DNA of 63,943 nt, filler included, from Aduncisulcus paluster (lineage: Eukaryota), in assembly GCA_024181965.1 (NCBI GenBank). It is 5 parts of 5 records of this genome, joined end to end, with 100 filler letters (N's around TTAATTAATTAA, not from the genome) between each part and the next. Parts side by side here need not be neighbours in the genome. Positions count along the whole stretch, not along the records: positions 58,842 to 63,943 come from BQXS01010959.1; 4 more parts are not named here. The stretch is one strand, 5' to 3'. A program made the position numbers and the translations under genes. The notes below the pieces were generated by a model, which worked only from the letters and a program-made list of their open reading frames with translations, was not told the DNA's origin and searched no databases. Of this stretch, positions 62,611 through 63,943 are shown in pieces. How positions within the stretch are numbered: the first letter of the stretch is position 1; each line of letters opens with the position of its first letter.

Positions 62611-63943
62611 TCAAGAATAACAGTTTTTCCTTAGTAGCTTCTTAAGGCTCACAAAGGAAGTGGATAAACTCACTCCGACTCTCAATTTCTTCCCCTTTCG
62701 TGCATCTTTCACTTGTCCACAAGAGGAAAGGATGATATCATCAATGGTGGAACGAGACACACGTGTTTTGAATGTTTTATAGAGTTGTTTAACGACTATT
62801 CTCATTGATTCTACTCCAATCACCTCTTTTCCTTTGCCAACAGCCACAAAAATATCTGCAAGAGGTTTAATTACCATCATGTGGTGCAATAATATAATAA
62901 ATTGGGCCGCGTTGATGAATCGATCGACGGTAATGGGAGAGGGTTTGTCCATAGTGTCCACTTGTCTCTCTGGAGTTGAAGAGCGAACGTGTCCACTGAG
63001 GGGAATGGCTGAATGTTGAAGATTCAAAGCTGAAGAGGGTCCAACAGATGAAGAGCGAGAAGCAGCACTTCTCTGCACAAGACTCTTGCGGTGGCTTCCA
63101 ATGGGTATGCCGAACTTTGCAGCTAATTTCTGTTCGAAATCTCCAATTTCTTCAGTCTGAGATGCACTCAAATCAATCCAAAATGAATCACTGGTCTCAG
63201 ACATGGATGCTGACGATGGAGGAAAGGCTAAATTCTTCGTTTCGGAGAAGGAAACCTCAGATACCTCCTCAGAGGTGGAGACAGATGTTGAACTACTAAG
63301 TGGAGCAATGTCTACATTACCAAGGTTTTGCACAGCTTCCATAGCGGCTGACATTATGATATGTTTGGGGTTTTCAGAAGGGATTTTAGGAGCTGTTGAA
63401 GATGGCGTACCTCTTCTGCCCTGATGGTTAGCGATGTTAGCGATGATAGGTTGGGCCGTACCGATACTTTCATGCTGTTCTCCGCTTGTGTCAATTGTGA
63501 CGACTCCATGAATAGGCTCTTTCTTGGAGGGAGAGGACTTTTCAGATGGATACAAACAACTTAGTAGAGCAATCAATTCCACAGCTTTGCTTTTTGTCTG
63601 AAGAGGTTGACCTGGATCACCTTCTGTGCTGGGTACTGGATGTTGTGAGGGACTTGTAGATACGTATGTCTTAAGTTCAGGGTTAACAGCTGTTTGTGGG
63701 ATCGCTGGTTGATCTCCATTGATGGTGTAGTCGTCGGGGAATAGAACACGGGCAGCAGCGACGACAATGGTCTGGATAAGAACATCATTGTGTTCCTGCA
63801 TTTTCTTGACACTATGAACACTCTCAGAGAACCCAAGCATGCGATCATAACTACATTGGGCAGCAGCAATGGCATCAATACATTTCTTACGGACACGCAA
63901 AATATCCTTCCAAATACTGATACTGGCACGTCCACATGCACAG
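62611..63943 (-). CDS. Hypothetical Ser-rich protein, 5'-partial, possible degenerate EF-hand-like C-terminus
   Basis: Frame is open to the window end (CACGRASISIWKDILRVRKK...), more than 440 codons. Confidence 0.75.
   Translation of the reverse strand, partial: CACGRASISIWKDILRVRKKCIDAIAAAQCSYDRMLGFSESVHSVKKMQEHNDVLIQTIVVAAARVLFPDDYTINGDQPAIPQTAVNPELKTYVSTSPSQHPVPSTEGDPGQPLQTKSKAVELIALLSCLYPSEKSSPSKKEPIHGVVTIDTSGEQHESIGTAQPIIANIANHQGRRGTPSSTAPKIPSENPKHIIMSAAMEAVQNLGNVDIAPLSSSTSVSTSEEVSEVSFSETKNLAFPPSSASMSETSDSFWIDLSASQTEEIGDFEQKLAAKFGIPIGSHRKSLVQRSAASRSSSVGPSSALNLQHSAIPLSGHVRSSTPERQVDTMDKPSPITVDRFINAAQFIILLHHMMVIKPLADIFVAVGKGKEVIGVESMRIVVKQLYKTFKTRVSRSTIDDIILSSCGQVKDARKGKKLRVGVSLSTSFVSLKKLLRKNCYS

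Noticed and set aside
1..63943. CRISPR arrays, tRNA or rRNA genes, transposase or reverse transcriptase ORFs
   Set aside because: None recognised by eye; a tRNAscan/Rfam run would be needed to exclude small RNAs.

Overview
Eukaryotic, AT-rich, gene-dense sequence in the standard genetic code, with few short GT-AG introns near gene 5' ends. Ciliary genes, ubiquitin, Cys/EGF/LRR surface proteins and an expanded repeat family suggest a flagellated protist; a free-living fornicate such as Aduncisulcus is my inference, not shown. The window is five contigs joined by artificial N-TTAATTAATTAA-N linkers, so adjacency across linkers means nothing. Recognisable genes: CAF-1 subunit A, an alpha/beta hydrolase, a CYTH protein, a Med21-like protein, B9D1, a longin protein, IFT140, an HhH glycosylase-like protein, glycerate kinase (partial), a DUF4241-like fusion, an MMPL/RND transporter and ubiquitin (partial). 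There are also two giant (>3500 aa) membrane proteins. The strongest unexplained signals are: a 63-bp inverted repeat pair 16 kb apart (885-947 and 16916-16978); a highly structured ~170-nt non-coding island ending in a T7 run (46456-46628); a possible LTR/PBS/gag start at a contig end; and an unnamed ~175-aa beta-rich domain family. All family calls come from motif recognition, not database searches.
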